Origin: a phage
DNA length: 64,000 nucleotides
Strand: one strand, 5' to 3'
Assembly: GCA_032691205.1 (NCBI GenBank)
Contig: GCA_032691205.1_4541.1
Both the position numbers and the translations under genes were made by a program. Shown one piece after another: positions 53,319 through 63,764 of the stretch (within the stretch, counting starts at the first letter, position 1; each line of letters begins with the position of its first letter). Below the pieces are notes generated by a model. The model worked only from the letters and a program-made list of their open reading frames with translations. It did not search any database and was not told the DNA's origin.

Positions 53319-55985
53319 ATAACCCGAAGGGATGCTGTTGTAATCAGAAAGTTTTGTGCAATACCTGAAGAGGTAACTATTAGCTACTCCACCTAATGTG
53401 TTTGTTAATGTTGTTCCTGTTCCTGTAAGATTTGTGCATCCACTAAAGAAAGAAGATAATGCTCCACGTTTACCACAAACAGTTAACCCTGGGTTGTCAT
53501 TAAAGATCTTATTAAAATCTGTAAGTCCTAAACAACCTTGGAATGTAGCTGTTAAAGAGGTCACTTTCGTTGGAATATTATCAAACATTCCTGCTGGAAC
53601 TTCTGCAAGAGAGGTGCAATCTTTAAAGGTGTAAGAATATCTTGTAACTTTTGACAGATTCTTAAATAAATCTGAAGGAATAGATGTTAAAGATGTACAA
53701 CCTTCAAACGTGCTTGACATTGTTGTCATTGAAGGAAATAAAGCATCACTGAATAATCCTTCAGGGATAGCTGTCAAACTTGTGCAGCCAGAGAAGATAC
53801 CGCTTATAGATGTTCCGGTGTAAGATGTGTTACTAAAACAATCAGAAGTTATTCGTCTTAAGTTAGCACAACCTTTTAAGAATTGTGAGGCTGGGCTTGT
53901 AGAATAACTGATTCTATTACCGCCCCAAAGTTCTAAAAGACTTGGGTTTGCTTCCATAGACACTTCCACACTATTAACTACTGAAGCACTTGCAAATTCA
54001 ATAGCCAGTCTATATTCTCCTGCTGGATAACTATCCACTGTAGAGAAAGCTTTGTTTCTAAATATTACTTTACTTGAAGGAACTACAACGTCATCCACCT
54101 TAACTACAAAGTTAGCTGGTGTAACAGTACCCGATAAAGTTGGGAACGTAATTGCCCCATCTGCCGAGTGGTTGAAATATCCGTTTAGAACCGTTAAATT
54201 ACTACTCGGAGATGGAGCTAACTCCTTTCCCGCAACAGCATTCACTGTGAGATAAGAACTATCTTCGGCAGTTACCACACCTTGATAAGTTGCTCTACAA
54301 CCGATACGACAACCTCCATCAGCAACCGCTGTAATAACGCCTGTAACAGGGTCAACTGTTGCTACCGTAGGGTCATTAGAGAAATACTCAACAACCATAC
54401 CAGGTAAGCTTGCTGCTCCTGTTGGCGTTATTTCTGCTACCATTGTTTGTGTTGTTCCTACATCCATCGCAGATAAGCTAGGGGTGTAAACACTCAATGT
54501 TGAAGCATATCCTCCAGAGGTATCTGATAAAGTTGTTCCTTCAGCGTTTAAGGCTGTCATACCTGCATCAAAACCACCTTCTGCATGGAAAGTCATTAAA
54601 CCAGTAGATGATATTGTCATGTTTGCAGGGGCAGAAGAAGTGTATTTAATATTGAAAAGTTTACCTCCTCCTGGGCTAACAGAATGTGTCAACTGTTTAG
54701 TTCCACCTACAATACAAATTCCTAAAGAATCTGTAGTTAAGCCAGTTGCCAGAATATCACCCGTAATCACGGAGCTTGCTATTGGTGTGAATTTATTATA
54801 GTTTAGACCGCTATTGAACAGATACGAGGCTTTCCCATCTTTCCAAATACCGGAATAATACATATCTCCATTATAAACGAAAAAGGTTCCTTGATAACCT
54901 AATTGGTTAGTAACATCCATATTCAGCGTATGAACGCTTGTGAGCTTGTTTATATCCCAAGAACCCACTCCTTCAGGTTTAACTGGTTTTCCCACTTGGA
55001 GTGGATCTCCGCTCGCAGAATCATACCCCAAACCTAAGTTTGCAGTGTAGTTCTTACCAATAGCCCACAAGGAATTATTGATCCCAACGAAAAAAGAGTG
55101 GCGGCTTGGTGGAAACTTCCATGTTGAGAAACCTGCTGCAAAGGTATCCAGTTTAGTGTAGGTTGTTTCTGTATTAGACCTAACATATAAGTAGTTTACT
55201 GTACCCGTGCCACCGGAGGTATCTCCTACAACTATTGTCTGGGAAACTGTATTGATGTAATCTTTGACATACACTGTTTCAGTAGCGGATATCTTAGCAT
55301 TGACAAAAGCTGTTGTTGTGTTATTATTACCTGCTAAACCTTTACTAGCTCCACAAACACGCAAGGTTCCCACATTGTTGACATAAGAGCATTGGTTGTA
55401 ACCTGCATCAAAAGCAACTGCTGCACTTGTTATCTGACGAGGAGTAGAAACTTCGTTAGTAGTACTTGCACCTAAACTGCCTACTGTGTTTTGACCTGAT
55501 CCATAAAGAACACCACTATTCATTAACCAGAGAGTGTTGTTATATCCTCCCTTAACCTCTTTAAGATTAGCTAAAGAGATAGTCCCTGTTATTACAGATG
55601 GAAAGCTGGTCCAAGTAGTTACACATGCGTCCGTACCACCTGCTGCTATAGATCCTACCAACCCTGCTGTCAATCCTGAATATTGCCATCCCCCACTGTT
55701 AGTTTTAATAACAAAACAACGATCTGCGGTAAACACATCCGCTACTACAGTAGAAGCTAAATGGAAATTATTGAATCGTGCACTACGAGTTCCATCTGCA
55801 ATCTCACCAAAAAGGTTTGCGCCTTGAGTAAACAATCTACCATCATTAAGCAAAATTGCTAAACTACTGTTAGAATTACCAGCGTTATCTGGGTAATCTA
55901 AAGTAATTACTTTTTTAACAATACCTGCTGGCAGAGGAACGACACCAGTGCTGGTCATAATAGTAAATATTGGAATTGGAAACAT
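53313..55985 (-). CDS. tail fibre protein with RCC1-like repeats, Big_2 domain and BspA-type leucine-rich repeats
   Basis: 890 aa; GxNxxGxLG-like repeats (YGSGQNTVGSLG, LWAIGKNYTANLGLG), Ig-like segment VATVDPVTGVITAVADGG, C-terminal FxGCxxLxxIP repeats. Confidence 0.6.
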   Translation of the reverse strand: MFPIPIFTIMTSTGVVPLPAGIVKKVITLDYPDNAGNSNSSLAILLNDGRLFTQGANLFGEIADGTRSARFNNFHLASTVVADVFTADRCFVIKTNSGGWQYSGLTAGLVGSIAAGGTDACVTTWTSFPSVITGTISLANLKEVKGGYNNTLWLMNSGVLYGSGQNTVGSLGASTTNEVSTPRQITSAAVAFDAGYNQCSYVNNVGTLRVCGASKGLAGNNNTTTAFVNAKISATETVYVKDYINTVSQTIVVGDTSGGTGTVNYLYVRSNTETTYTKLDTFAAGFSTWKFPPSRHSFFVGINNSLWAIGKNYTANLGLGYDSASGDPLQVGKPVKPEGVGSWDINKLTSVHTLNMDVTNQLGYQGTFFVYNGDMYYSGIWKDGKASYLFNSGLNYNKFTPIASSVITGDILATGLTTDSLGICIVGGTKQLTHSVSPGGGKLFNIKYTSSAPANMTISSTGLMTFHAEGGFDAGMTALNAEGTTLSDTSGGYASTLSVYTPSLSAMDVGTTQTMVAEITPTGAASLPGMVVEYFSNDPTVATVDPVTGVITAVADGGCRIGCRATYQGVVTAEDSSYLTVNAVAGKELAPSPSSNLTVLNGYFNHSADGAITFPTLSGTVTPANFVVKVDDVVVPSSKVIFRNKAFSTVDSYPAGEYRLAIEFASASVVNSVEVSMEANPSLLELWGGNRISYSTSPASQFLKGCANLRRITSDCFSNTSYTGTSISGIFSGCTSLTAIPEGLFSDALFPSMTTMSSTFEGCTSLTSIPSDLFKNLSKVTRYSYTFKDCTSLAEVPAGMFDNIPTKVTSLTATFQGCLGLTDFNKIFNDNPGLTVCGKRGALSSFFSGCTNLTGTGTTLTNTLGGVANSYLFRYCTKLSDYNSIPSGYK

Positions 55986-55995
55986 TTAAACCCTC

Positions 55996-56023
55996 CATAA
56001 AAAGAAAGCCCCTTTCGGGGCTT
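55996..56023 (-). terminator. rho-independent terminator
   Basis: AAGCCCC-TTTC-GGGGCTT followed on the minus strand by TTTCTTTT. Confidence 0.55.
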
Positions 56024-56026
56024 CTG

Positions 56027-58051
56027 TTATCGTGTTACAACAACCATGTCCACGATATCACCCACACCAGGATACGTTAATTGCAAAATTGTTACTGCGT
56101 TAGCAGTAGTTGCTATTTCTGTATCATTTAGTGCTCCATAAGACGCATCTAGTGTAACCGTGTGCCCCGTTGTATCTTGAATCAAATAAATCATTGCTGA
56201 AAACGCTTTAGGTTTTGTAGAGCCAGTGACACCAGGCCATGCTCCAACTGTCAGAGCGTCAGTTACTGTAACAACATACATATTGGAAGTTCCAGAAGGA
56301 GTCCAAGATGCTCCAGAGTTGGCAGTAGTTGTTTCAAGTTCCATGAAACCTGCTGTAACTCTAGTTGGTGTTATAGCTTCCGTAGGATCTGATCCTGATA
56401 GTTCGATCCAGTTTCCATCAGAACGACCATACGTCAAGCCGTCTTGAGGGGCTTCTGGTATACTAGGAAGAGTTCCTATAAGTGTCCATGTAGAAGAATC
56501 TGTTTTCTTAAACACTGCTCCAGTGTTAGTATTGAAGGCGTAATCATTGATAACACCGTCTCCTGCGACTGGATTAGTTGTTGCTACAAACCACTGTGCG
56601 CCGTCCTTACCGTTGGTCCCATCAGTACCGTTGGTTCCGTTTGTTCCAGGATCACCCTTATCACCTTTGTCACCCTTCTCACCTTTGTCACCTTTAATAC
56701 TTCCCATGTCAACAAAAGATGCGGAATTGGTGTCTTGATCGTAAGTATAGATGTAAAGATTACTAGTGTCTTCAGTTAAGTAAGCATCACCATAGTTATT
56801 GTAAACAGGGAGAGCTTCACTGTTCGGAACATGACCTTTAGCTGTAATTGATGTTCCTCCAAGACTGCCAACATTCATCCATTCCGTAGCATCTTGAACC
56901 CAAACATACAAATCATTATTAATTTTATATGCATCGCCTACTTCTCCAGTAGGAGGAAGTTCAGCTTCACTGTTCAGAACCCCGATAATCTCTAAGCCTG
57001 ATCCTGTTGCACCCACTGGTCCTTGTGGACCTAGTTCACCTTGTGGACCTCGCTCTCCTTGATCACCCTTGTCCCCTTTTGGACCTTTAAGTGAGGCAAT
57101 AAAATCTACTTCTGTCCCTTCATTACCAGCATCCAGCCAACTTTGATATGCAGATTTCCCTTCATCTCCATCTGTTCCATCAAGACCGTCTTTACCTGCC
57201 TCACCTTGTGGACCTTGAGGACCAACAATATTACCCATGTTGACCCAAGCTGTCCCGTTAGAGACATAAAGATTACCATTGATAGAATAAGCTTGGCTTA
57301 CGTTTTCAGAGTTAGGTTGTGGTAAGTTACTTGTAGAAGGCAAATCCCCACGATAATCAAAACCGTTGGCGTTAACACCAGGTGCTCCCTGTGGCCCTGT
57401 AGGACCAACATCACCTTTATCACCTTTTATAGAGGTAAGAAAATCATAAACAGATCCTGTATTACCATCTGCCAACCATACCTCATAAGCTGATTTCCCT
57501 TCTGGTCCAAGAGAAGAAATAAGTTTCCAAACAGAACCATCCCAAGCGTAGATTACATCACCTACGATATAACCATCCCCTGCAACGTTACCTGTGGATG
57601 GTAGTTCACTAGTGCTTGCTAATGATCCTTTAATATTAAGTTGAGCACCAGTATCCCCTTTCAAAGAAGCAAGCCATTGTGCTTCTGTTCCAACAAAACC
57701 ATTATCAAGTGCGATCTGATAAGCCGATTTACCAGCTTCAGGTATTGTTTCCGACAGATCATCAATCTGTTGCTGCATTGCCGTAAACTTGGCATTGATA
57801 ATTGCTATATCATCAGCGGTCCCAACACTTTGCCATGCAAGGGAAGAAATACCACCTGTGGTGGCTGGCGTAGAGTTTGCTGGAACTACTTTAGGAAAAG
57901 TTCCTTTCCATTGGTAATAATTCCCTTCTGCTGCTAACAGCAAAACTTCACGGGAATTACGTAATGTAAAACCTGCCTCAAAGCTGCGACGTTTTCGATA
58001 AGTAGCTTCTACCAGATCGGCTATCGCACTATTAGGTCTTGTTAAATTCAT
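56027..58051 (-). CDS. collagen-like repeat tail fibre protein
   Basis: 674 aa; Gly-X-Y tracts (GPQGPQGEAGKDGLDGTDGDEG, GPKGDKGDQGERGPQGELGPQGPVG, GDKGEKGDKGDKGDPGTNGTNG) between KSAYQ..WL modules. Confidence 0.65.
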   Translation of the reverse strand: MNLTRPNSAIADLVEATYRKRRSFEAGFTLRNSREVLLLAAEGNYYQWKGTFPKVVPANSTPATTGGISSLAWQSVGTADDIAIINAKFTAMQQQIDDLSETIPEAGKSAYQIALDNGFVGTEAQWLASLKGDTGAQLNIKGSLASTSELPSTGNVAGDGYIVGDVIYAWDGSVWKLISSLGPEGKSAYEVWLADGNTGSVYDFLTSIKGDKGDVGPTGPQGAPGVNANGFDYRGDLPSTSNLPQPNSENVSQAYSINGNLYVSNGTAWVNMGNIVGPQGPQGEAGKDGLDGTDGDEGKSAYQSWLDAGNEGTEVDFIASLKGPKGDKGDQGERGPQGELGPQGPVGATGSGLEIIGVLNSEAELPPTGEVGDAYKINNDLYVWVQDATEWMNVGSLGGTSITAKGHVPNSEALPVYNNYGDAYLTEDTSNLYIYTYDQDTNSASFVDMGSIKGDKGEKGDKGDKGDPGTNGTNGTDGTNGKDGAQWFVATTNPVAGDGVINDYAFNTNTGAVFKKTDSSTWTLIGTLPSIPEAPQDGLTYGRSDGNWIELSGSDPTEAITPTRVTAGFMELETTTANSGASWTPSGTSNMYVVTVTDALTVGAWPGVTGSTKPKAFSAMIYLIQDTTGHTVTLDASYGALNDTEIATTANAVTILQLTYPGVGDIVDMVVVTR

Positions 58052-58077
58052 TTATCTCTCCTATCATTAGACCATTC

Positions 58078-58107
58078 TATTGGAAGAAGAGGGGGATTCC
58101 CCCCTCT
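58078..58107 (-). terminator. terminator-like hairpin
   Basis: GAGGGGGGA-TTC-CCCCCTC palindrome after the stop of 58114..61167. Confidence 0.35.
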
Positions 58108-58113
58108 ATTCCA

Positions 58114-61100
58114 TTAGGTTGTTGGCACATCTACTACTGGCGTTGGGCGAATAACCGCAGTATTACCTACAGAAACATTACTGGAATCATTAGGTATGGT
58201 TTTAATTCTAACTCCAGCACTTGTAGGCGTTACAATTGGATCTGCAATGTCTATTTTAACTGGGTTAGTCCACGTATCATTATCTTGATAAGGTGCACGA
58301 GTAATAACTGTGTCCAAATCTGCTCCACCTACGCCAGCACCAGGAATACGGATACGTGTCCCTGCTGACAGAGGATAATGATACAACCAAGAAGCATTTG
58401 TTGCTGTCCCGTTAGGAGTCAAGTTCTGTGTCAGGAAGGTATCTCCTGCCTGTGTAGCTCGAATACCGAAAGCTGGGATATCTGGAATATATGCCCCACT
58501 TGTTGTTACAAGGAAGAACGTATTATCCGCCTTGACTATCATATCACCTTTGTCAAACTCTTTCCCTGTTGGGAAATGCATTCCATCAATGTTTCGACTA
58601 GGATTAGGCTCTAAGTAATAAACTTTGCCCGTTGTCCCTACAATAGCTCCAATACCACCTGCGATATTGGTATACATATTAGCTTCAACATTACAGTTGA
58701 CACGATGAATATCCGAGTAACGGCAACGGCTCCACTGTGGACGACCAGTAACCATCGTCTTGCCATCTGGGTAACAGTTTACGTTAACCATTTCAAGAAC
58801 AGATTTTTCTCTACGGAAGAATCCATCATAAAATGTTCCTGGACCAGATTCAGGTTGACCAACACAATCGAAGATATTACAGGTGATGTTAGACATTGAA
58901 AGCCAAGAAGCTATACCGAACAACTGCAATGCAGCGCAACGAATATTTTCAAAGCTAACTCTGTTTTCATAACCTGGCCCAGCGGAAACTCCCGCAAAAA
59001 CACGCCCAGTTTTGGTGTGAATGTTACGAACAGAATAGTTAAAGCATGGGTTTGAAGGTCTACCCTGTGCCGGAACTACCGGATTACCCTCTTCGTCCAG
59101 AACTGCGTTAGTTCCCCACTCCAAATAAATCATACGGATATTACTTGCAAGTGTGCTACCGTCTGTTTTAGGCTCTCCATAAACACCGTCAATCGTAAAA
59201 TCTTTACTTCCATACATTACAACTGCGCCAGTTGCCAAACCTGTCCCAACAGATACGGTTTGATCTGGATCGCCATGAATGTTTTCGATAGAAATATTAC
59301 GACCAACTTCTACGTGGACAATCTGACGGCAACGTTTTGCAAAAACGTTACGAATTGTAATATTCTTGCAATATTGATCATCAGGGATTCCGTAACCATA
59401 TGGTCCTTTACCAGCTACACCGATACCGATACCCCAGTTGGACAGAGGAATAGGAGCGTTAGTCCCATCGATATTAGACAGGTAAATATTCTCAATCACA
59501 CAACCATCATCATAATGTTTATTGATGACGTTCAGTTCTATCGCATCACCTTGCATGTCCATGAAGGTAAGGTTACGGAAGACACCGCGTGTTACTGGTT
59601 CTCCTGTCCCTTGTTGAAGGATGCCATATAACCCGTTTTTAAAAGTACAATTATCAATTTCAAAAGTACCTGATATTGGGTTGCCTTGGAATACCAAGCT
59701 ACCAACTTGACCTGCGCGAGGAGCACCGTCCCACAAACAATCGAACATGCGCACAGCACCACCCCAATACATAACACGAGAGTTACGGAAAGTTGTGCCT
59801 TCTACTGTAGCATTCTGCACACGATAGTCGCGTTGACCACGGAACACACCACCACGCAAAGTGATACCTTGAATATCAAAAGAGCTTGTCGTGAAAGTCA
59901 TATCGCAACCGTAAGCATCGAGAATCTTACTTTTCGAAGCTTTTGCTGCTAACAGTGCCGCCTGGAAAGCTGCTTCTGGTGTGGTATAGGTAGTTGTATT
60001 GTTAGCAAATTCTGACAAGTAGACAACATCGAATAAATCGTTGTATGTTCCACCACGAGGGGTTAACAGTCCTTCCGTATTAGTTAGAACCCATGCGTTT
60101 GGACCTAATCCACCGCTTGTCTCTAATGTGTCAGAGGCCAAAATACTTTTTGGTAAACTTCCAGCCCAACGATAACGACCAGCACCACGTCCAATCGTCT
60201 GATTTTTAGCTGTCAGAGTTACATTATTACCAAAGCTTGTAGGCAAATGAACAAACTGTCCACGTTCAACAGCTAATGCAGAAAGATCTACAGATCCGCC
60301 AGAATAAGTCATTACTCCAGAAACAGACAAAGATGTTAAAGTCCCTGTGATGTTAGGAGGCAATGTGTAGGAAGATTGTGCTACTGGATCATACAGAGCT
60401 TTAATCCCTGTTAATGATTGACCCGCTGTTGCGTAAGCTACTTCATCATCCAACAAACCGTATTTACGAGCAATAGTTTGTAAAGGTACTTTATCCATGC
60501 TTTCTGTCAGTTCTTCAGTTTTTGTTTCTAAACTGACAAGACGGTTTTCTAAGTTAGGATCTGTATCTGCGGAAGCTACGATTTTACCAATATAGGCAAA
60601 AAGCTTGTTTGGCAGTCCTGTTGCAGGATCATGTCCCAAAGGTTCAGATAAAATGATTTTACTATCTTCTATGCGGAAAGCTTCTCCCAGAACCTGAATA
60701 ACACCATTGATTGTAACAATAGCACTATCAAAGATGTAGGGAGGACTGATTACTGTTTCATAACCAGTTGCACCAGAATATACCCAAGGGGTGACTTCTG
60801 TTGCTAGTTGTTCTGTCTTCAGTCCCCACAATACCCAGTTGTTATCTCCTACTGGAGTCCCTTGCATAGGAATTGGGTTTACCAGTGTAGCATTAGGCGC
60901 ATAGTAATAACCACTCAACACTCCATTCTGGAAATAACGAAGTTGGTTAAAAACTGTTTCGTTTGTGCCTTGCGCCCAATCCAATGGGCTTTTAAAGAAA
61001 AAGTTGTCAACAAGGGCTTTTCTCAGGGTTGGTATCAACCCTGATTCTGTTTCAATACTCTCTGTAGCACTTCCATTAATAACATCATGGAGTTGGTTAG

Positions 61101-61167
61101 ATGAGAAAATAACCAGGTCTACGCCCTGTTCGAGAGACGTTGCTGGATATGTTGGGAATGTTGCCAT
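58114..61167 (-). CDS. tailspike/tail fibre with predicted right-handed beta-helix (possible depolymerase)
   Basis: 1017 aa; periodic N/G/V/I rungs (NCTFKNGLYGILQ, NITIRNVFAKRC, NISIENIHGD). Confidence 0.55.
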   Translation of the reverse strand: MATFPTYPATSLEQGVDLVIFSSNQLHDVINGSATESIETESGLIPTLRKALVDNFFFKSPLDWAQGTNETVFNQLRYFQNGVLSGYYYAPNATLVNPIPMQGTPVGDNNWVLWGLKTEQLATEVTPWVYSGATGYETVISPPYIFDSAIVTINGVIQVLGEAFRIEDSKIILSEPLGHDPATGLPNKLFAYIGKIVASADTDPNLENRLVSLETKTEELTESMDKVPLQTIARKYGLLDDEVAYATAGQSLTGIKALYDPVAQSSYTLPPNITGTLTSLSVSGVMTYSGGSVDLSALAVERGQFVHLPTSFGNNVTLTAKNQTIGRGAGRYRWAGSLPKSILASDTLETSGGLGPNAWVLTNTEGLLTPRGGTYNDLFDVVYLSEFANNTTTYTTPEAAFQAALLAAKASKSKILDAYGCDMTFTTSSFDIQGITLRGGVFRGQRDYRVQNATVEGTTFRNSRVMYWGGAVRMFDCLWDGAPRAGQVGSLVFQGNPISGTFEIDNCTFKNGLYGILQQGTGEPVTRGVFRNLTFMDMQGDAIELNVINKHYDDGCVIENIYLSNIDGTNAPIPLSNWGIGIGVAGKGPYGYGIPDDQYCKNITIRNVFAKRCRQIVHVEVGRNISIENIHGDPDQTVSVGTGLATGAVVMYGSKDFTIDGVYGEPKTDGSTLASNIRMIYLEWGTNAVLDEEGNPVVPAQGRPSNPCFNYSVRNIHTKTGRVFAGVSAGPGYENRVSFENIRCAALQLFGIASWLSMSNITCNIFDCVGQPESGPGTFYDGFFRREKSVLEMVNVNCYPDGKTMVTGRPQWSRCRYSDIHRVNCNVEANMYTNIAGGIGAIVGTTGKVYYLEPNPSRNIDGMHFPTGKEFDKGDMIVKADNTFFLVTTSGAYIPDIPAFGIRATQAGDTFLTQNLTPNGTATNASWLYHYPLSAGTRIRIPGAGVGGADLDTVITRAPYQDNDTWTNPVKIDIADPIVTPTSAGVRIKTIPNDSSNVSVGNTAVIRPTPVVDVPTT

Positions 61168-61170
61168 TAA

Positions 61171-61506
61171 TTACCCCTTATTCTGTGTACGTTTAACTAT
61201 GTCATCTAGCATCATTTGGATAGTCGCATTCTTGAGGTCCATAATCTTTTCAATTTTTTGCTCAAGGGTGTTATTATTTGCCATTAATGTAGAGTTAATT
61301 TGATTTAGCATCTGGGTAAGTTCGGCTTTAGTTGCATAAGTTGATTCAACAAAGACCAACTTCTTCTCTAGCTCTCGACTTTTCTCCTCCATTTCCTCAA
61401 GATCAGAGCCGAATTTATCCATTTTTTGTTTGAAAAAGAACCAGATGACTCCGATTAAAGGGATTATTGCATCCTTTGCAAGTCCCCATGCTTCTTGAAA
61501 TTCCAT
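61171..61506 (-). CDS. hypothetical coiled-coil protein
   Basis: ORF 111 aa. Confidence 0.55.
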   Translation of the reverse strand: MEFQEAWGLAKDAIIPLIGVIWFFFKQKMDKFGSDLEEMEEKSRELEKKLVFVESTYATKAELTQMLNQINSTLMANNNTLEQKIEKIMDLKNATIQMMLDDIVKRTQNKG

Positions 61507-61515
61507 AGTGATCCC

Positions 61516-62061
61516 TTATTCTGTCGGTAATGTAGGCCAATCTATAGCGTAAGGATAGTCTTTTTGAAGCGGAACACGATTTAGTTTAACTACATAAACT
61601 TGAAGATTTTTAAGATAAGCTAATTCGTCTTCAGTAGCCATTTCTAAATCTTTAGCATACTGTAGAGGTGTTATAAGTGCTACCGCTGTTTCTTGTAAAG
61701 AGCGAATTTTTGCACTAGCTTGTGTCATCAACTCTTCACGGGAATACTCTTTATTCTTAAGAGTTAAGGTTTCTAAATCCAGAACCTTGTTCCTAATATC
61801 CTCAAAAGTATCTATGTTAAAGTCTACTTGTGCTATAGAAAGATCTTCAGGGCAAAGTAGTGTAGGATCAGTATTCCAAAACACAATACGTTTTTGATCA
61901 TCAAAAACGACTTTCATTTTATCGTTATTGAATTCTGTGCTACGTAAATCATACCAATCGTAACCTTGATCGCAACGAAGAAAAAGAATGTTCTCTGCTT
62001 CTACCAATTCTTTTAGTTCAGGGTCTTCAGGAATATATTTTTTAAAGTTTGTAAATATCAT
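61516..62061 (-). CDS. hypothetical protein
   Basis: ORF 181 aa. Confidence 0.6.
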   Translation of the reverse strand: MIFTNFKKYIPEDPELKELVEAENILFLRCDQGYDWYDLRSTEFNNDKMKVVFDDQKRIVFWNTDPTLLCPEDLSIAQVDFNIDTFEDIRNKVLDLETLTLKNKEYSREELMTQASAKIRSLQETAVALITPLQYAKDLEMATEDELAYLKNLQVYVVKLNRVPLQKDYPYAIDWPTLPTE

Positions 62062-63123
62062 TTAGCCTCCAATATCGTACCAGTTTCCGTTAACGTTGCG
62101 CTGGAGGCGTTTGAAGTAAACCCCACCGATGTTATCCGCAGAGCTACGTCCTGTTTCCTGTACGATAATACCAGAAAGAACATAACCAGAAGAACAGATA
62201 TAAGTCCAAGAAACCTCGTTCCCTGGTGGATAATACACACCTTGGCTAGTATAACGAATATCTCTTACAAAGGTTCCGTTAGCATAGTTGTAGTTATTTG
62301 TAATCTGACTTTGATGATTACTTTCTACATTGTTTATACGAGAAGAGAGGTTGTTGTTAACATTATTCAAGTTGTTTTGAACAGTGTTAATATTCGTCTG
62401 CAATGTGTTCTGAAGGGAAGTCAAACGAGAGTTCAGATAATCTAAACGAACTAAAGCATTCCCGTTAGAAGTGTCTTGTCCACTGTTTGATCTTGGATTA
62501 TCTATTAGAACATAACCTGCATCATATAAACGAACACCTGCCGATACACTACCTGTGCTAGGATTTCTACGATAGATGTAAAGCTGACCTCCGCTTTGAT
62601 ACTCGGCAGAAATCTCGCCATTCGTTTGTCCTGCAAAGTTTTTGAAGAACAGTGTTGCAGGATCTGTTGTGGAAGTACCGTTAACATAAACATCACCACC
62701 ATAAATAGCACCACCCGCATCACGTTTTACCAACACGTTTGGTGTTACTGTTGAACTAGTGGCATCCGTAATGTTTGCCGACAAGTGATTATGACTGTTA
62801 TCTTGAACCTGGATAGATAAAGTAACTTCTTTGTTACCGTTCCAAGTAGCTTCACCAGTAGCATCACCTGCCATTGTAATCTTAGTTCCCACTAAAGGCA
62901 AGTAGGTATTAGGTAAAGTTGGAAGAAAGTCATCCACCAAATAGCGAATCCATAAACCGATATTATTAAGAATCCAGTTCATTTCTTCGCAAGTCATGAT
63001 TTGACCATAATCCATACCAACTGTGCGGATGGTTTCTTTAGGTCTAATTTTGTTTGTGTTTAAAGTTCCTGGGAGCGTTACAGTTTGTGTAGCCCAGTCA
63101 GGATAATATATTGGCTTCGCCAT
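62062..63123 (-). CDS. tail fibre/baseplate-associated protein
   Basis: 353 aa; Asn/Thr-rich coiled segment NTLQTNINTVQNNLNNVNNNLSSRINNVESN. Confidence 0.5.
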   Translation of the reverse strand: MAKPIYYPDWATQTVTLPGTLNTNKIRPKETIRTVGMDYGQIMTCEEMNWILNNIGLWIRYLVDDFLPTLPNTYLPLVGTKITMAGDATGEATWNGNKEVTLSIQVQDNSHNHLSANITDATSSTVTPNVLVKRDAGGAIYGGDVYVNGTSTTDPATLFFKNFAGQTNGEISAEYQSGGQLYIYRRNPSTGSVSAGVRLYDAGYVLIDNPRSNSGQDTSNGNALVRLDYLNSRLTSLQNTLQTNINTVQNNLNNVNNNLSSRINNVESNHQSQITNNYNYANGTFVRDIRYTSQGVYYPPGNEVSWTYICSSGYVLSGIIVQETGRSSADNIGGVYFKRLQRNVNGNWYDIGG

Positions 63124-63132
63124 TTAAACTCC

Positions 63133-63762
63133 TTAATCTATTTGCTTGAGAAGCGTACACATGCGTCCTGTTTCATCCCCAGTAGATTCCATGTACAGGG
63201 AACCTAAACCACCAATACCATGAGGCGGTTTGGTAGCATAATAAGAACTAAAACCAAAAGCTGATCCTGCTTTTGCTCCAAGACGGTAGCTACTAATAAT
63301 AGGGAAAACACTTAGCAACTGCTCTAAAGCTTGATCAGATTGAAGACACAGGTTGTAGAAAAACACATCAAAGGTTTTATTCAAACCTACGTAAGTATTA
63401 AGCGTTTCACGCTCTGTTCCTGTGAAACGGGCGAAGATATCAATTATGTCACCACGAGTCCCCGATGAGGCTACGCGGTAAGCCCTGATTTTTAATATTG
63501 TTCTATACTCTTCATCATCAGAGCCATTACGTTCGATCCCCATTTCTTCCCCTAGAATATCTAGGTATTTGCCTGTGGCTGTAGAGATCAAGCGGTGTTT
63601 AGCAAGATAGATCATTGCCTGATCTATCTTTTGCTTTTCACTGGATACGATGTAGAGGAGCTTGACAATGTTAGGAGAAGATTTAAAATCTTCAATCAGA
63701 AGGTTTTTAACATCTTCATTGATACTGGCCCAAGTTGTTACATGGTCAACACTCACTGCCAT
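63133..63762 (-). CDS. hypothetical structural protein
   Basis: ORF 209 aa in the structural block. Confidence 0.55.
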   Translation of the reverse strand: MAVSVDHVTTWASINEDVKNLLIEDFKSSPNIVKLLYIVSSEKQKIDQAMIYLAKHRLISTATGKYLDILGEEMGIERNGSDDEEYRTILKIRAYRVASSGTRGDIIDIFARFTGTERETLNTYVGLNKTFDVFFYNLCLQSDQALEQLLSVFPIISSYRLGAKAGSAFGFSSYYATKPPHGIGGLGSLYMESTGDETGRMCTLLKQID

Positions 63763-63764
63763 TT

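Noticed and set aside
62058-62240. Minus-strand ORF of 60 aa
   Set aside because: Overlaps the 3' end of 62062..63123 in another frame
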